Source: a virus
Lineage: Duplodnaviria; Caudoviricetes
Virus record (IMG/VR): IMGVR_UViG_3300021389_000018
Span: 1,030 to 65,029 of that record
Length of the DNA: 64,000 nt
Reading direction: 5' to 3' (one strand)
This document shows, in pieces, positions 46,030-54,711 of this stretch. The notes beneath the pieces were generated by a model. The model made no database searches, had not been told where the DNA came from, and saw only the letters and a list, made by a program, of their open reading frames with translations. The stretch's first letter is position 1. Each line of letters starts with the position of its first letter. The position numbers and the translations under genes were made by a program.

Positions 46030-48156
46030 TCAACGCCTTAACTCTTTGGTATATCGTCTAAAAAACTTCTTATCATCAAAGCTAGATTCCTTCTTTTCTT
46101 TCTTAACTCTCTGAGCTGCAAGCAGAGCCAGCCCAGAGCTAATTGTAAGGTCAAACTTTGTACGATTATCTATTTTATACCCAATCCAATCTTCCAGTGT
46201 GCGGTCAAAATACATCTTGCCCATCTCGCCTGTCTCACTATTTATACCTACGTGTTCTTCTATGTAAGCTTCTATAGCGTGGGCGTGCGCCTGTATAACA
46301 TCTTGTGAGTTAGAGGGAATACCACGAGTCTTTGTGTTTACAGATCCAGGAGTCTTTAGATGCTCTGGTCTTTTCATAACATACTCTTCGTAACCTCTTG
46401 ATTCAAAGTATCTTACAATACCGTACTTATTGTTTTCAATTAATAGCGGATAGCCATAAAAAAACGAAGCCATAAGAACATCTTCATAGAATATTCTAGC
46501 CAGTGGCGGACGAGATGCATATTCAGCTACAAACATATTAGGTGGCGCTGCCATACTGAATTTGTTATAGAGATGACAAGCCCCCTTAGAACCCCTGTTG
46601 TCTGTAGTAGAATCTAAATCATAGCTATCGACTCCGCCAACGCCTATGTGGTCATTTCCTGGGTGCTTCTTGTTGTACTTAATTACGTACTTATTTCTAA
46701 GCTCATTTGGTGGCATCCAAGCTACCCTCCACCTACCTTGTGGGTTTGGACTGAAGACAACTTCTTTGTCGCTTACTCCGTCTTTCCATTGGAAGTTTCC
46801 ACGTACTACTGGATTAGGGTAAAGCTCTTGGTTAAACTCAACCTGCTCATATATTTTACCAATGTTGAATGTAGAACCCTCAATAGAGTCACGCATAGCT
46901 TCATCTATTGTAAATGGGAACTGACGTATAAACTCATTAAGCTCACGAGCATCGTGCTTTAAAGCGTCTCTTTCGTTCTTTAGATACGTCTTAGCCCCTA
47001 TATCTACATAATCTCCATCAATCGTTTGTACAGGATGTTCAGGGTCTTCAACAATAGGGTTTCCGTGCTTATCGAAGAATCCTTCAAGCGCTTCATAGGC
47101 GGGTATAAATAGTCTATAAAGACCAGTTTTTGTTCTTCCATTTGCGTTTCTATCTTCTGGATCTGAATCTCTCCAAAGTTCTTTGTATTGATTTCCTCCC
47201 TTGTCCATAGGGTTTACAGTAGATCCTACTAAAGCCTTGCCTATAATTCTCCTACCAACAATGAGACAGGTTTTTTCAATCCTCCAGGCTTCTCGTATAT
47301 CTGTAGGGCGCTCCCACTTACCGGCTTCATCTAAATACATAAGGTGAAGTTTCTCACCATCATATGCGTTATTAGTGGTGTTCTTCCAGTTAATAATAGT
47401 ATTGAGAGCTTCCCCTTTATTAGATGTTTTATTCTTCTTAGTGATACGCTTAGATGGCTCACGGAATGCTAATTCCATACGTGGATTCGTAGTACCGTCT
47501 TGTATAGGCTTAAAGAAGAATGGATAGCTTTTAAACATAGGGACTACCTTCTTCATAAAGATGTTTTCCTGCGCATCTTTACCCGTCTTAGACTGTATAC
47601 CCAGTAGCTTATCTTTTACTTGCGTACCTTCATCTACGAGTATAGCTGCTGACATATTAGTATATCCTGAGCGTCTACACTTAGTGTACATCTGTCCTAT
47701 AGATCTAGCGTCTGCTTCGCAGGCAGCAAAGTGTATAAAAAGTCTTCTTTGAAACTCTAGGTAGGAGGCGTATCCGATGTCCATTTTACTCCATTGGAGA
47801 AGCATATAGTGTCTCCCTGTAATGTAGACAGGCTCACCATTATTGTAGAACCAAACACCGTTACGCCTACGGTCAAACTCTTTTTCGATGTACGGAGAAA
47901 AACGCTTTTTGAAGTCGGATGGCATTTCATACCACTCATCCATAGAGCGAATCCTCTGCAATTCGATTGGCACAGGAAGTCTTTCCCACATTTGCATATT
48001 GCGCTCCCTTTCATTAAAGAGTATTTCTTTTTTCGTAGGAGTTTTGGGAAGTTGAATATCAACCCCACCGATGGTGACAACCTCACCCTCTGTATCGTTG
48101 GGGCATATGTTAATAACGTATTCATCGTACCCTTCAACTTTTTTAAGACCAGCCAT
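46030..48156 (-). CDS. terL: terminase large subunit
   Basis: YITGRHY, Walker A KCRRSGYT, Walker B LMYLDEAGKW, VGST, nuclease GGVDSYD, KFDLTISSGLAL. Confidence 0.9.
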   Translation of the reverse strand: MAGLKKVEGYDEYVINICPNDTEGEVVTIGGVDIQLPKTPTKKEILFNERERNMQMWERLPVPIELQRIRSMDEWYEMPSDFKKRFSPYIEKEFDRRRNGVWFYNNGEPVYITGRHYMLLQWSKMDIGYASYLEFQRRLFIHFAACEADARSIGQMYTKCRRSGYTNMSAAILVDEGTQVKDKLLGIQSKTGKDAQENIFMKKVVPMFKSYPFFFKPIQDGTTNPRMELAFREPSKRITKKNKTSNKGEALNTIINWKNTTNNAYDGEKLHLMYLDEAGKWERPTDIREAWRIEKTCLIVGRRIIGKALVGSTVNPMDKGGNQYKELWRDSDPEDRNANGRTKTGLYRLFIPAYEALEGFFDKHGNPIVEDPEHPVQTIDGDYVDIGAKTYLKNERDALKHDARELNEFIRQFPFTIDEAMRDSIEGSTFNIGKIYEQVEFNQELYPNPVVRGNFQWKDGVSDKEVVFSPNPQGRWRVAWMPPNELRNKYVIKYNKKHPGNDHIGVGGVDSYDLDSTTDNRGSKGACHLYNKFSMAAPPNMFVAEYASRPPLARIFYEDVLMASFFYGYPLLIENNKYGIVRYFESRGYEEYVMKRPEHLKTPGSVNTKTRGIPSNSQDVIQAHAHAIEAYIEEHVGINSETGEMGKMYFDRTLEDWIGYKIDNRTKFDLTISSGLALLAAQRVKKEKKESSFDDKKFFRRYTKELRR

Positions 48157-48193
48157 TTCATTTAATTAATAATCCCAGTAACAGAATATCTGA

Positions 48194-48487
48194 TTACTTT
48201 GAGAACTTTTCTGCGAATCCTCCAGAGTAATCTTGTTCAGCTTCGAGTCCTCCTGTTTCTCTGAGTTCTCTAACCATTTGTTCAAGTCTTTGGTATTCAA
48301 TAAGAAGTTCTTTTGCATCTGTTGCTGTTTGCTTAATACTTTGTAACTCAGCCTTTCTTTGAGATCCAGATAGATCACTGTCTACAGGCTTTCTAATTTC
48401 GTCAATCATATTGTTGATTGCTACCTCCATTGAAGACAGTAATCTTGTTGATGCCTCTACTGTGGTGAATTTATGCTTCTTTGACAT
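48194..48487 (-). CDS. putative terminase small subunit
   Basis: Small helical protein ending GGFAEKFSK directly upstream of terL. Confidence 0.5.
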   Translation of the reverse strand: MSKKHKFTTVEASTRLLSSMEVAINNMIDEIRKPVDSDLSGSQRKAELQSIKQTATDAKELLIEYQRLEQMVRELRETGGLEAEQDYSGGFAEKFSK

Positions 48488-49061
48488 ACACCAACTCTGT
48501 TGTTCTCATACGATACACTTTTTCCCCATTTAAAAGCTCCATTTCGTATTCTGAATTTTTTGTGTAGCCCACCAAATCACCAGGCTTCGCTCCAATCCAC
48601 TCTGAATCCTGGGGTATCGTGAGTAGTTCTCCTTCCAGTTCTGGTTCTTTCTTGAGAGTAAGAATGATACCAGAATTACTTGTTTCCTCTTCCTTCTCAA
48701 TAGGGGGTGTAACGAAACACCAATCCCCAAGCATAGCAATATCACCATCTTCGCCTTCAACTGCGATGGCGTGGTTTGAATATCCTCCAAGAGGCTCATA
48801 GTTGACGAGGTAAAGATCTTCTCCGATATCATACATTTGCTCCATTACTACGTGGTGATGGAAGTAAAGAGTTTTACCTGTACAATTATCTATTGGACAG
48901 TCTACAGGACATCCTACAATCTCTCCATAATTAAACCTATGCTCAAACTCGTTAAACTTCGTAACAAGCTTTAAAGTGGTTTTATCACCAAGTTTTATTT
49001 CTTCTTTAAACTTATTAGGTAATCTTACTATAAAATGATGAAGTGGTTTCATATCAATCAA
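48471..49061 (-). CDS. GroES-like co-chaperonin (apparently two tandem GroES-like domains)
   Basis: MKPLHHFIV...GEIVGCP and WCFVTP...ETSNSGIILT...KPGDLVGY...YEMELLNGEKVYRMR. Confidence 0.65.
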   Translation of the reverse strand: MIDMKPLHHFIVRLPNKFKEEIKLGDKTTLKLVTKFNEFEHRFNYGEIVGCPVDCPIDNCTGKTLYFHHHVVMEQMYDIGEDLYLVNYEPLGGYSNHAIAVEGEDGDIAMLGDWCFVTPPIEKEEETSNSGIILTLKKEPELEGELLTIPQDSEWIGAKPGDLVGYTKNSEYEMELLNGEKVYRMRTTELVYVKEA

Positions 49062-49284
49062 AGTTTAGATCATACTCAAGAATACAAGGCATAGAATCTA
49101 CTGCTTTCCAAAGCATTGTTCCATCCCCGTTCTCTATGTATATAAGATACCGCTTTTGATTGTATTTGTGTAAATGCGCCTCATCTAGAAGGATTGCGCT
49201 CACTTTTCCGGTTCCTGCTCGCATACCGACATAGTACGCCATAGCGTCTTTCGGGTCACGCCCGATTACAATTTTTCTGATCAT
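49054..49284 (-). CDS. conserved hypothetical protein
   Basis: IRKIVIGRDPKDAMAYYVG...LWK...EYDLNF; coupled in the operon. Confidence 0.7.
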   Translation of the reverse strand: MIRKIVIGRDPKDAMAYYVGMRAGTGKVSAILLDEAHLHKYNQKRYLIYIENGDGTMLWKAVDSMPCILEYDLNFD

Positions 49285-49291
49285 TTTTTAT

Positions 49292-49618
49292 TTAATTAAT
49301 GTCCCCGTTTCTGCGGGATAAATTTAACCAGTAATCAATTTTAGATGTATCTGGCTTGTTTTCCTCTCTGTATGCTTCTACACAATAGGATAATAAGTCG
49401 TCTAATTCTTCTTCGTCTGAGACAGAAAAAGAAGATAGTAAACTCATATTTGCACGTTCAGCCCCTTCTTCGTCAACATAGGAGCTATCCATATCTAAAA
49501 AGCCCACTGCTAGACAAGCTATAAATTCGTCTTGAAGTTCGTGCTTCTTAACTATTTCATTTATAGCCAGTAGCATATCCTGTATCTCAAGAATGCAGTC
49601 TTTTTGTCTTTCGTTCAT
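49292..49618 (-). CDS. acidic hypothetical protein
   Basis: ORF coupled to the upstream gene. Confidence 0.65.
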   Translation of the reverse strand: MNERQKDCILEIQDMLLAINEIVKKHELQDEFIACLAVGFLDMDSSYVDEEGAERANMSLLSSFSVSDEEELDDLLSYCVEAYREENKPDTSKIDYWLNLSRRNGDIN

Positions 49619-50349
49619 TAGTCAAGTTTAGTTAAAATAAATGTAGATGTGGTTAATAATCCTGCACCACCTCCAGCGTTTCTAATGGTGTAGTAAAGAT
49701 CTGTATCTGCCGCAACGTGTCTAACTAGTGAGAACCCAATAGCTGTGTTTCCTGTTGATGCGTGAGATCTTGTTATAGACTGGATTATAGCCGCTGAACC
49801 ACCGCTGGGCTTTTCTGTAACATCTATAATTATATCGGTATTACCCGATGTAACCTCTAGCATAAAGTTGACATCTATTTTTACTAGCCCTTCTTGCTGA
49901 ACGGTAACAGCTCCTGTTGTTGTTGAGCTTGTCTGAAAATGATTAGCGGTGTCGTTTACCTCGTGAGAAGAGGAATTGCTGCTATTGCTAACACCTGACT
50001 GAGTAGGGGTAGCTGCGGAAGCGGTTAACGTATATGCTAAGGGTCTAAGCACCCACATAGGGTTTGCAAAAACAACAGTAGTTGAAGTAAACGCACTAGC
50101 GTCTAACTCACGTTTCACAACATTATTACTACCGTCTACAAGCAATACAGTAAGTTCTGCATCGTCTGTAGCCGGGGCGGAATTAAACGATAAAGCACCT
50201 ACACCAACAGTCGTTGTAGATAGCTTTAGAGCTGAGGTAGTCCCAGAACCGTCTTCTACATCTTTCAATGTAGTAGTTACGCTGTTTGAACTCAATTTTA
50301 ACAAAGATGAGTACGTGTCTTTTACTTTATTACCGCTTAGAGTAGCCAT
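49618..50349 (-). CDS. Ser/Thr-rich structural protein (head or tail fibre/decoration-like)
   Basis: MATLSGNKVKDTYSSLLK N-terminus; beta-rich C-terminal domain. Confidence 0.6.
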   Translation of the reverse strand: MATLSGNKVKDTYSSLLKLSSNSVTTTLKDVEDGSGTTSALKLSTTTVGVGALSFNSAPATDDAELTVLLVDGSNNVVKRELDASAFTSTTVVFANPMWVLRPLAYTLTASAATPTQSGVSNSSNSSSHEVNDTANHFQTSSTTTGAVTVQQEGLVKIDVNFMLEVTSGNTDIIIDVTEKPSGGSAAIIQSITRSHASTGNTAIGFSLVRHVAADTDLYYTIRNAGGGAGLLTTSTFILTKLD

Positions 50350-50355
50350 TTCCTG

Positions 50356-50382
50356 TATATTTGTGTATTATATGCAAATTTA
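50356..50382. promoter_or_regulatory. face-to-face -7 boxes: TATATTTG (+, 50356-50363) and TAAATTTG (-, 50375-50382)
   Basis: Both match TAnnTTTG within the 39-bp divergent gap. Confidence 0.65.
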
Positions 50383-50388
50383 GTAAAA

Positions 50389-50823
50389 ATGAGGAAGCGT
50401 AATATGAGGTCTAAGTTTCGTGATTTTAGAATGCGAGACGAAACGACTATAAACAAGTCTTACTTAAAGTATTTTACACTTGTTATGAGGGATGTCGTTG
50501 GAAACTACGATGTTACGGAGGCTCAAATGCGGTTTTTACTCTTTGCTTATGACTATCAGTTCTTCACTTTAGATCATATGTCTGAGTATTACTACTACAG
50601 CAAGGCTAAGTTAGGACAGCGCATTATATATCCACTTTCTCATAACGACTACGTATTCAAATACTTTGACAGACTGAGTCCTACTAACTACCAAGAGGCT
50701 ATATTTGACGAGAAGAAGTTTAACTACCGTGTTCGGTACGCTATAACGCAGAAAGCTAGGCTTTTAGTCCAGCGTTTCTATAGAAAATTAGAGGGGGAAG
50801 AGGAAATTAATGTGCCGACTTGA
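50389..50823 (+). CDS. putative winged-helix (MarR-like) DNA-binding protein, antisense to the late operon
   Basis: VTEAQMRFLLFAY...YAITQKARLLVQRFY pattern resembles MarR-type wHTH; has its own promoter. Confidence 0.55.
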   Translation: MRKRNMRSKFRDFRMRDETTINKSYLKYFTLVMRDVVGNYDVTEAQMRFLLFAYDYQFFTLDHMSEYYYYSKAKLGQRIIYPLSHNDYVFKYFDRLSPTNYQEAIFDEKKFNYRVRYAITQKARLLVQRFYRKLEGEEEINVPT

Positions 50824-50965
50824 TCTTGAAGGCAGCTTTTAGCGATGCACCTTTGTGCGGAACGAACTTTCCCTCGTGTTTCATAAGGAAATAACGCCCC
50901 CCTTCGGACATCCAGTGATATCCAGAGGGAGCGTCTACCATTACTTTCTTTTTTTGAGCTTTCAT
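50807..50965 (-). CDS. unannotated 52-aa basic protein
   Basis: Translates to MKAQKKKVMVDAPSGYHWMSEGGRYFLMKHEGKFVPHKGASLKAAFKIKSAH; TAATG-coupled to the upstream gene. Confidence 0.7.
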   Translation of the reverse strand: MKAQKKKVMVDAPSGYHWMSEGGRYFLMKHEGKFVPHKGASLKAAFKIKSAH

Positions 50966-52110
50966 TACTTCTTTTTAAGCATCTTGAAGTCTTGCCCGGT
51001 GATTTTACCGTCCTTGTTAGCATCAAGCTTTACTTGACCGCCTTTGAGGTACTTCTTTATCTTACCGCCCATTTTGTATCTAAAGGCTTGCCCTCTTTTA
51101 GCTCTTTTTCTTGTATCCTTCTTTAGTTTTTCTTCAGATTCAAAAGCACCTTCAATGTCTCCCCGAGATTGGATGCCTTTTTTTCTAGACTTGTTTCCCA
51201 CACTTTCTAACTGGTAGTACTGCTGCACAGCTGTATTAGGAAAGCCTAGCTTCAATTCACTTAGACCTTTGCTAAATTCCTTCGCTACCGCTTTTTCAGT
51301 TTTTGTTGGAGCCTTAGCTGTAACAGTAACCTCGTCAATCATTCCTCCCTTTTTAGGGGCTTTTGATTTTTTCAACATTGCTTTAATCTTCGGAGGAAAC
51401 TTACCACCTTTTTTAAAACGGGGGCTTGCTCCGCCTGGGAGATTCTTACCTACATCACGATAGTTTGGCTTACTGGTACTTTCACGCTTCTTACGCTTCT
51501 CAACGTCCTTAGCTAAAGCTTTAACAGCCTCTTTCTTCATTGGGAAACCATTGCTCTTCATACCGGTAGCAGCTTGTTTAGCTAACTTGTTTGTTACGTT
51601 AGCACTTTTGTCTAAATCACTACTGTGCTGCTTATCTACCATCTCCTTGGTAAGCTTCTTCCCTTTTGGTGGATCTACCTGCCCTCCTTTTTTATATTTC
51701 TTTGCTTTCATCTTTCCTCCGTTCTTAAAGAATTTATTTGCAGAAGCCTCAACCATATCACCCAAAGTTATAGGGTCTATGTTTTTAATCTTCTTACCTC
51801 CAGAGGTAAGATTCATATCTTTATCAAAGCTAATGTACTTGCCTTTTCCAACGTCACCGTAAGTACCACCTTCACCAGCTGTACTCTGCATTTGTCTTAG
51901 ACTCTGATTCCCCTTAGAATCTCTCTCATCTATAACTTTAGTATAACTAGGCTTACCTGTCTTTAGGTTTGTTACCTTAGCCTCAGATACACTCTCTATT
52001 TCGTTTCCGGACTCTCTGGTTCTAGTCTCCTGCTGTACACGAACGTCATCCAATTTTCGTTTCTTTTTTGACTTATATATAGTCTTCCCTAGTTTTCTTT
52101 TAGCTTTCAT
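50965..52110 (-). CDS. Lys-rich protein with repeated [YF]xxGG motifs and a C-terminal EF-hand-like loop
   Basis: KYKKGG, RFKKGG, RYKMGG, KYLKGG; LDANKDGKITGQDF. Confidence 0.7.
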   Translation of the reverse strand: MKAKRKLGKTIYKSKKKRKLDDVRVQQETRTRESGNEIESVSEAKVTNLKTGKPSYTKVIDERDSKGNQSLRQMQSTAGEGGTYGDVGKGKYISFDKDMNLTSGGKKIKNIDPITLGDMVEASANKFFKNGGKMKAKKYKKGGQVDPPKGKKLTKEMVDKQHSSDLDKSANVTNKLAKQAATGMKSNGFPMKKEAVKALAKDVEKRKKRESTSKPNYRDVGKNLPGGASPRFKKGGKFPPKIKAMLKKSKAPKKGGMIDEVTVTAKAPTKTEKAVAKEFSKGLSELKLGFPNTAVQQYYQLESVGNKSRKKGIQSRGDIEGAFESEEKLKKDTRKRAKRGQAFRYKMGGKIKKYLKGGQVKLDANKDGKITGQDFKMLKKK

Positions 52111-52331
52111 TTTTTAGCTCTGTTTCGTTTTGCGCTTATAAATCTTTTCTCTCCGTGGTCATAGTCCATACCGTCTCCATTACCGTACTTCCCTGCCTTA
52201 CGTCTCATCTTATTTAAAAAGGCACGGTACTTCTTACGCTCCTCCGTAGAGTGGTACTTCGTATCGTACTTCTTTTTCTTCGCCTTCGCCTCTGGGTTGC
52301 TGGCGTAAAACTTTGCCGTCTTACCCTTCAT
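52107..52331 (-). CDS. small basic protein with a minimal HNH-like remnant
   Basis: GDGMDYDH...SAKRNR; K/R-rich. Confidence 0.6.
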   Translation of the reverse strand: MKGKTAKFYASNPEAKAKKKKYDTKYHSTEERKKYRAFLNKMRRKAGKYGNGDGMDYDHGEKRFISAKRNRAKK

Positions 52332-52788
52332 ACGGTAGGTATCTTGTTTTTCCGTTTACACGTACCGCTTTCAATACTTGATGACGGTTTCTACTGTCTT
52401 TCTTATGAGATATATGCACCCAGTCTGGATTCTCATCCGTACCAAACTCCCAAATCAATTGATCAAAGTCTAGTCTATCTAAAGCATAGTGGAATATATC
52501 TGCATTGGTAATCACACCGTATACATCTGCATCTAGGTCCAGCGCTTCACCCTTACTATGCTGAGAAGTTTTACTTCCACCAATCGCCTCGTTAAGCGCT
52601 TCGCTTCTGTAGCCTGAGCTGACAAAGATCGGACACATAAACTCCTCACGAATGGGCTGGAATATATTCTCAGCTACCGCTTTTAGATTCTCCAAATGAT
52701 CCACTGTCGGCTCGTTGGCAATCCCTCGCCTCTTCGCAGTAGCAGACTTCGTCACTTCCGCAAGCGAAAGGTTCTTGGATAGATTCAT
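52321..52788 (-). CDS. endolysin, peptidase M15 family
   Basis: NLSLAEVTKSATA, VSSGYRS, SQHSKGEALDL, FDQLIWEF, WVHIS; TACCTTTG box at 52825-52832. Confidence 0.9.
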   Translation of the reverse strand: MNLSKNLSLAEVTKSATAKRRGIANEPTVDHLENLKAVAENIFQPIREEFMCPIFVSSGYRSEALNEAIGGSKTSQHSKGEALDLDADVYGVITNADIFHYALDRLDFDQLIWEFGTDENPDWVHISHKKDSRNRHQVLKAVRVNGKTRYLPYEG

Positions 52789-52848
52789 AGTTGTAATCGC
52801 TTAAGTAGTAATGTGTTACAAAAGCAAAGGTAATGAATAAAACTAGAA

Positions 52849-53265
52849 TTATGAGCGCCACCATCTCCCTACAATCAATATACACCCGAACAAAACACCG
52901 GCTGCTAGTATCAGATCCTTGAACTTATCCCAGAACGTTTTCTTCTCTACGTATACAATCTTATCGTAAGGAACCTCTACAATACTAATAATCGTATCCG
53001 AGTCGCAAATGGCGTCTATAGTAATCGTGTCGTTCACCTTTACTATCTTCACTCTCAGCCTGTCTTTCACTAGAGTAATAGTATCGTGTTGCTTCAAAGT
53101 CACAGTATCCGTGATAGCCACAGGTGGGCTGACAACCGTGTTCGTCACAACCAGCGTGTCTTTTACCAGAATCATAGGGTCTTTCTGCACCGCTTTCTTT
53201 AAGTGCCATTGAGCGCTGCAACTCGTTAATAACAGCACTAGAGTTAACTTTACCAGCCATTTCAT
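52849..53265 (-). CDS. lipoprotein with C-terminal TM helix, spanin candidate
   Basis: Lipobox LLTS-C; D-T-I/V beta-rich middle; C-terminal hydrophobic helix followed by RWWRS; lies between holin-like gene and endolysin. Confidence 0.6.
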   Translation of the reverse strand: MKWLVKLTLVLLLTSCSAQWHLKKAVQKDPMILVKDTLVVTNTVVSPPVAITDTVTLKQHDTITLVKDRLRVKIVKVNDTITIDAICDSDTIISIVEVPYDKIVYVEKKTFWDKFKDLILAAGVLFGCILIVGRWWRS

Positions 53266-53483
53266 TTCTTAGCAAACTTCTCCAACCCTGCAATACCAAA
53301 ACTCCCAAGAGTTACTATAACAAAGCTGTTATATGTAAACTCATTGATCGGTAAATCTTTACCCCAAAATCCACTCATCACATCTGCAATCATTACAATC
53401 ACCATAACAGCAAAAGAAAGAAAACCTATTACCGTCTTCTCATTGTAGCTATTGTCGTTTTTAAAAATCTCTAAGAAACTCAT
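53262..53483 (-). CDS. holin-like 2-TM protein
   Basis: NEKTVIGFLSFAVMVIVMIAD...FVIVTLGSFGIAGLEKF; start ATG 53483 lies downstream of TATCTTTG at 53503-53510. Confidence 0.6.
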   Translation of the reverse strand: MSFLEIFKNDNSYNEKTVIGFLSFAVMVIVMIADVMSGFWGKDLPINEFTYNSFVIVTLGSFGIAGLEKFAKK

Positions 53484-54270
53484 AATCTGTTGTTTAGTTA
53501 TACAAAGATACCTATTTCTCATATACCGATTCCCACTTAAAGTGATACTTTAAGGTTGACAATGTCAAAAAAAAGTTGTAACTTCGCTTTGTTCTAATAC
53601 CACCGGTAATCATCTCGATTAGCGCTTGTAAAACAAACAATCTTAACACTTGCGGTGGGCAGACAGCCCCATCCGCTCACTTCCAATCTTATCAGATTAA
53701 CAATATAGGCGCACTATACCCTATTCCGCTAGAAGCGGTCTTTTTTCTATCCGACTCCCTACAAAACACCGATTTGTCACAATAATTCGTATATTTTGTG
53801 ACATTAGATTAACTTAAAGCTTTACTTTAAGTATGAAACAATATGTTCCACGGTTAAAGTGATACTTTAAGCGAATGAATTCAATTGTCAGAATAGATGA
53901 GTAATACAGGAGTGGGGGATTATATACTATTACAGACGCATCAGTTCTCTAACCCAAATGGATTATCTAACCCTACCCCCTCTCTAGCTTAACGAAATTT
54001 GGTATACTTTTGGGATATTCTGTTGCTAGTTTATAGTGGTTAGTGAGTAGAGTAGTTTAGTAACCTCTATCAATCACTTCCCTGTAAAACCCTAAAAGCC
54101 CTTTCTACCCCTTTGGGGTAGGCAGTTTCCCCTCAAACCCGGCAAACACTTTCAGATATCTTTTTCCCCTAAAGGGAAAAAATATCTTCCTTCGACATTT
54201 GGATTTCAACTTTCTTTTTCCGTTGTTAGTTGCCGTTCGACACCGAAGTCGGACAGAAAATATATGTGTT
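53484..54270. other. divergent non-coding control region between late (-) and early (+) blocks; candidate genome terminus or origin
   Basis: About 790 bp with no credible ORF, multiple palindromes and hairpins, strand switch of coding. Confidence 0.6.
53537..53870. repeat. three copies of the palindrome TTAAAGY-N3-ACTTTAA (53537, 53814, 53854)
   Basis: Seen directly; fourth copy at 60823-60839. Confidence 0.85.
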
Positions 54271-54663
54271 ATGAAAGAATACTCTTTCCAAGATACTCTA
54301 GTGTTTAGAGTAAAGCAAATCGAAAATGCTGTTTCTACGAAACAAGCTCAGTTCTTCTACTACAAGAAGTTTAAGAACTTATTGTACTGGAACCCTGATG
54401 TCAGCGAAGCTGATATTAAGAGCTTCAAAGAAGCTGAGGAGGCTATCAAGTTACGTATCTTCGGAGAAGATACTAAGAAACCTTCGAAGAAGGTTGAGTA
54501 TAAGAAACCTACGGTTTCTAAGAAAGCCGTTTCGGAGCCTACCAAAGGTAGAAACGGAAGGTCTAACAATCAAGCTAAGCTTGATGCGATGCTGACCAAT
54601 CTAGAAAACTCAGCAGAGCTGATTCTCGCTAGTGTTAACATTGGTAAGTCAATGAAGTTCTAG
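54271..54663 (+). CDS. first early gene, hypothetical Lys-rich protein
   Basis: ATG at 54271 after an AT-rich leader; followed by a strong terminator. Confidence 0.7.
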   Translation: MKEYSFQDTLVFRVKQIENAVSTKQAQFFYYKKFKNLLYWNPDVSEADIKSFKEAEEAIKLRIFGEDTKKPSKKVEYKKPTVSKKAVSEPTKGRNGRSNNQAKLDAMLTNLENSAELILASVNIGKSMKF

Positions 54664-54666
54664 TCT

Positions 54667-54693
54667 AGAACCCCTTCGGGGGTTCTTTTTTTT
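54667..54693 (+). terminator. intrinsic terminator
   Basis: AGAACCCC-TTCG-GGGGTTCT followed by T-tract. Confidence 0.9.
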
Positions 54694-54711
54694 AACTCTA
54701 ATACGTAGTAT

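Noticed and set aside
46030-48156. Intron or intein in terL, primase-helicase or capsid genes
   Set aside because: The ORFs are continuous, of expected size, and show no splice-junction or homing-endonuclease motifs
47757-48832. Alternative-frame ORFs overlapping terL, the small terminase candidate and the GroES-like gene (47757-48161, 48166-48378, 48530-48832)
   Set aside because: They overlap better-supported genes almost entirely and have no recognisable motifs
50778-51037. ORFs 50778-51026 (-) and 50855-51037 (+) from the track
   Set aside because: A coupled 52-aa ORF in another frame (50807-50965) explains the interval better
52670-52885. 71-aa ORF with a hydrophobic N-terminus as an extra holin or spanin
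   Set aside because: It overlaps the endolysin out of frame, and its hydrophobic stretch coincides with an AT-rich spacer holding a TACCTTTG promoter box; probably spurious, though not fully excluded
53484-53522. N-terminal extensions in the ORF track (53522, also 54199, 56055, 1998, 29709)
   Set aside because: The extensions run through promoter boxes, hairpins or upstream genes; downstream ATGs with AT-rich leaders fit better
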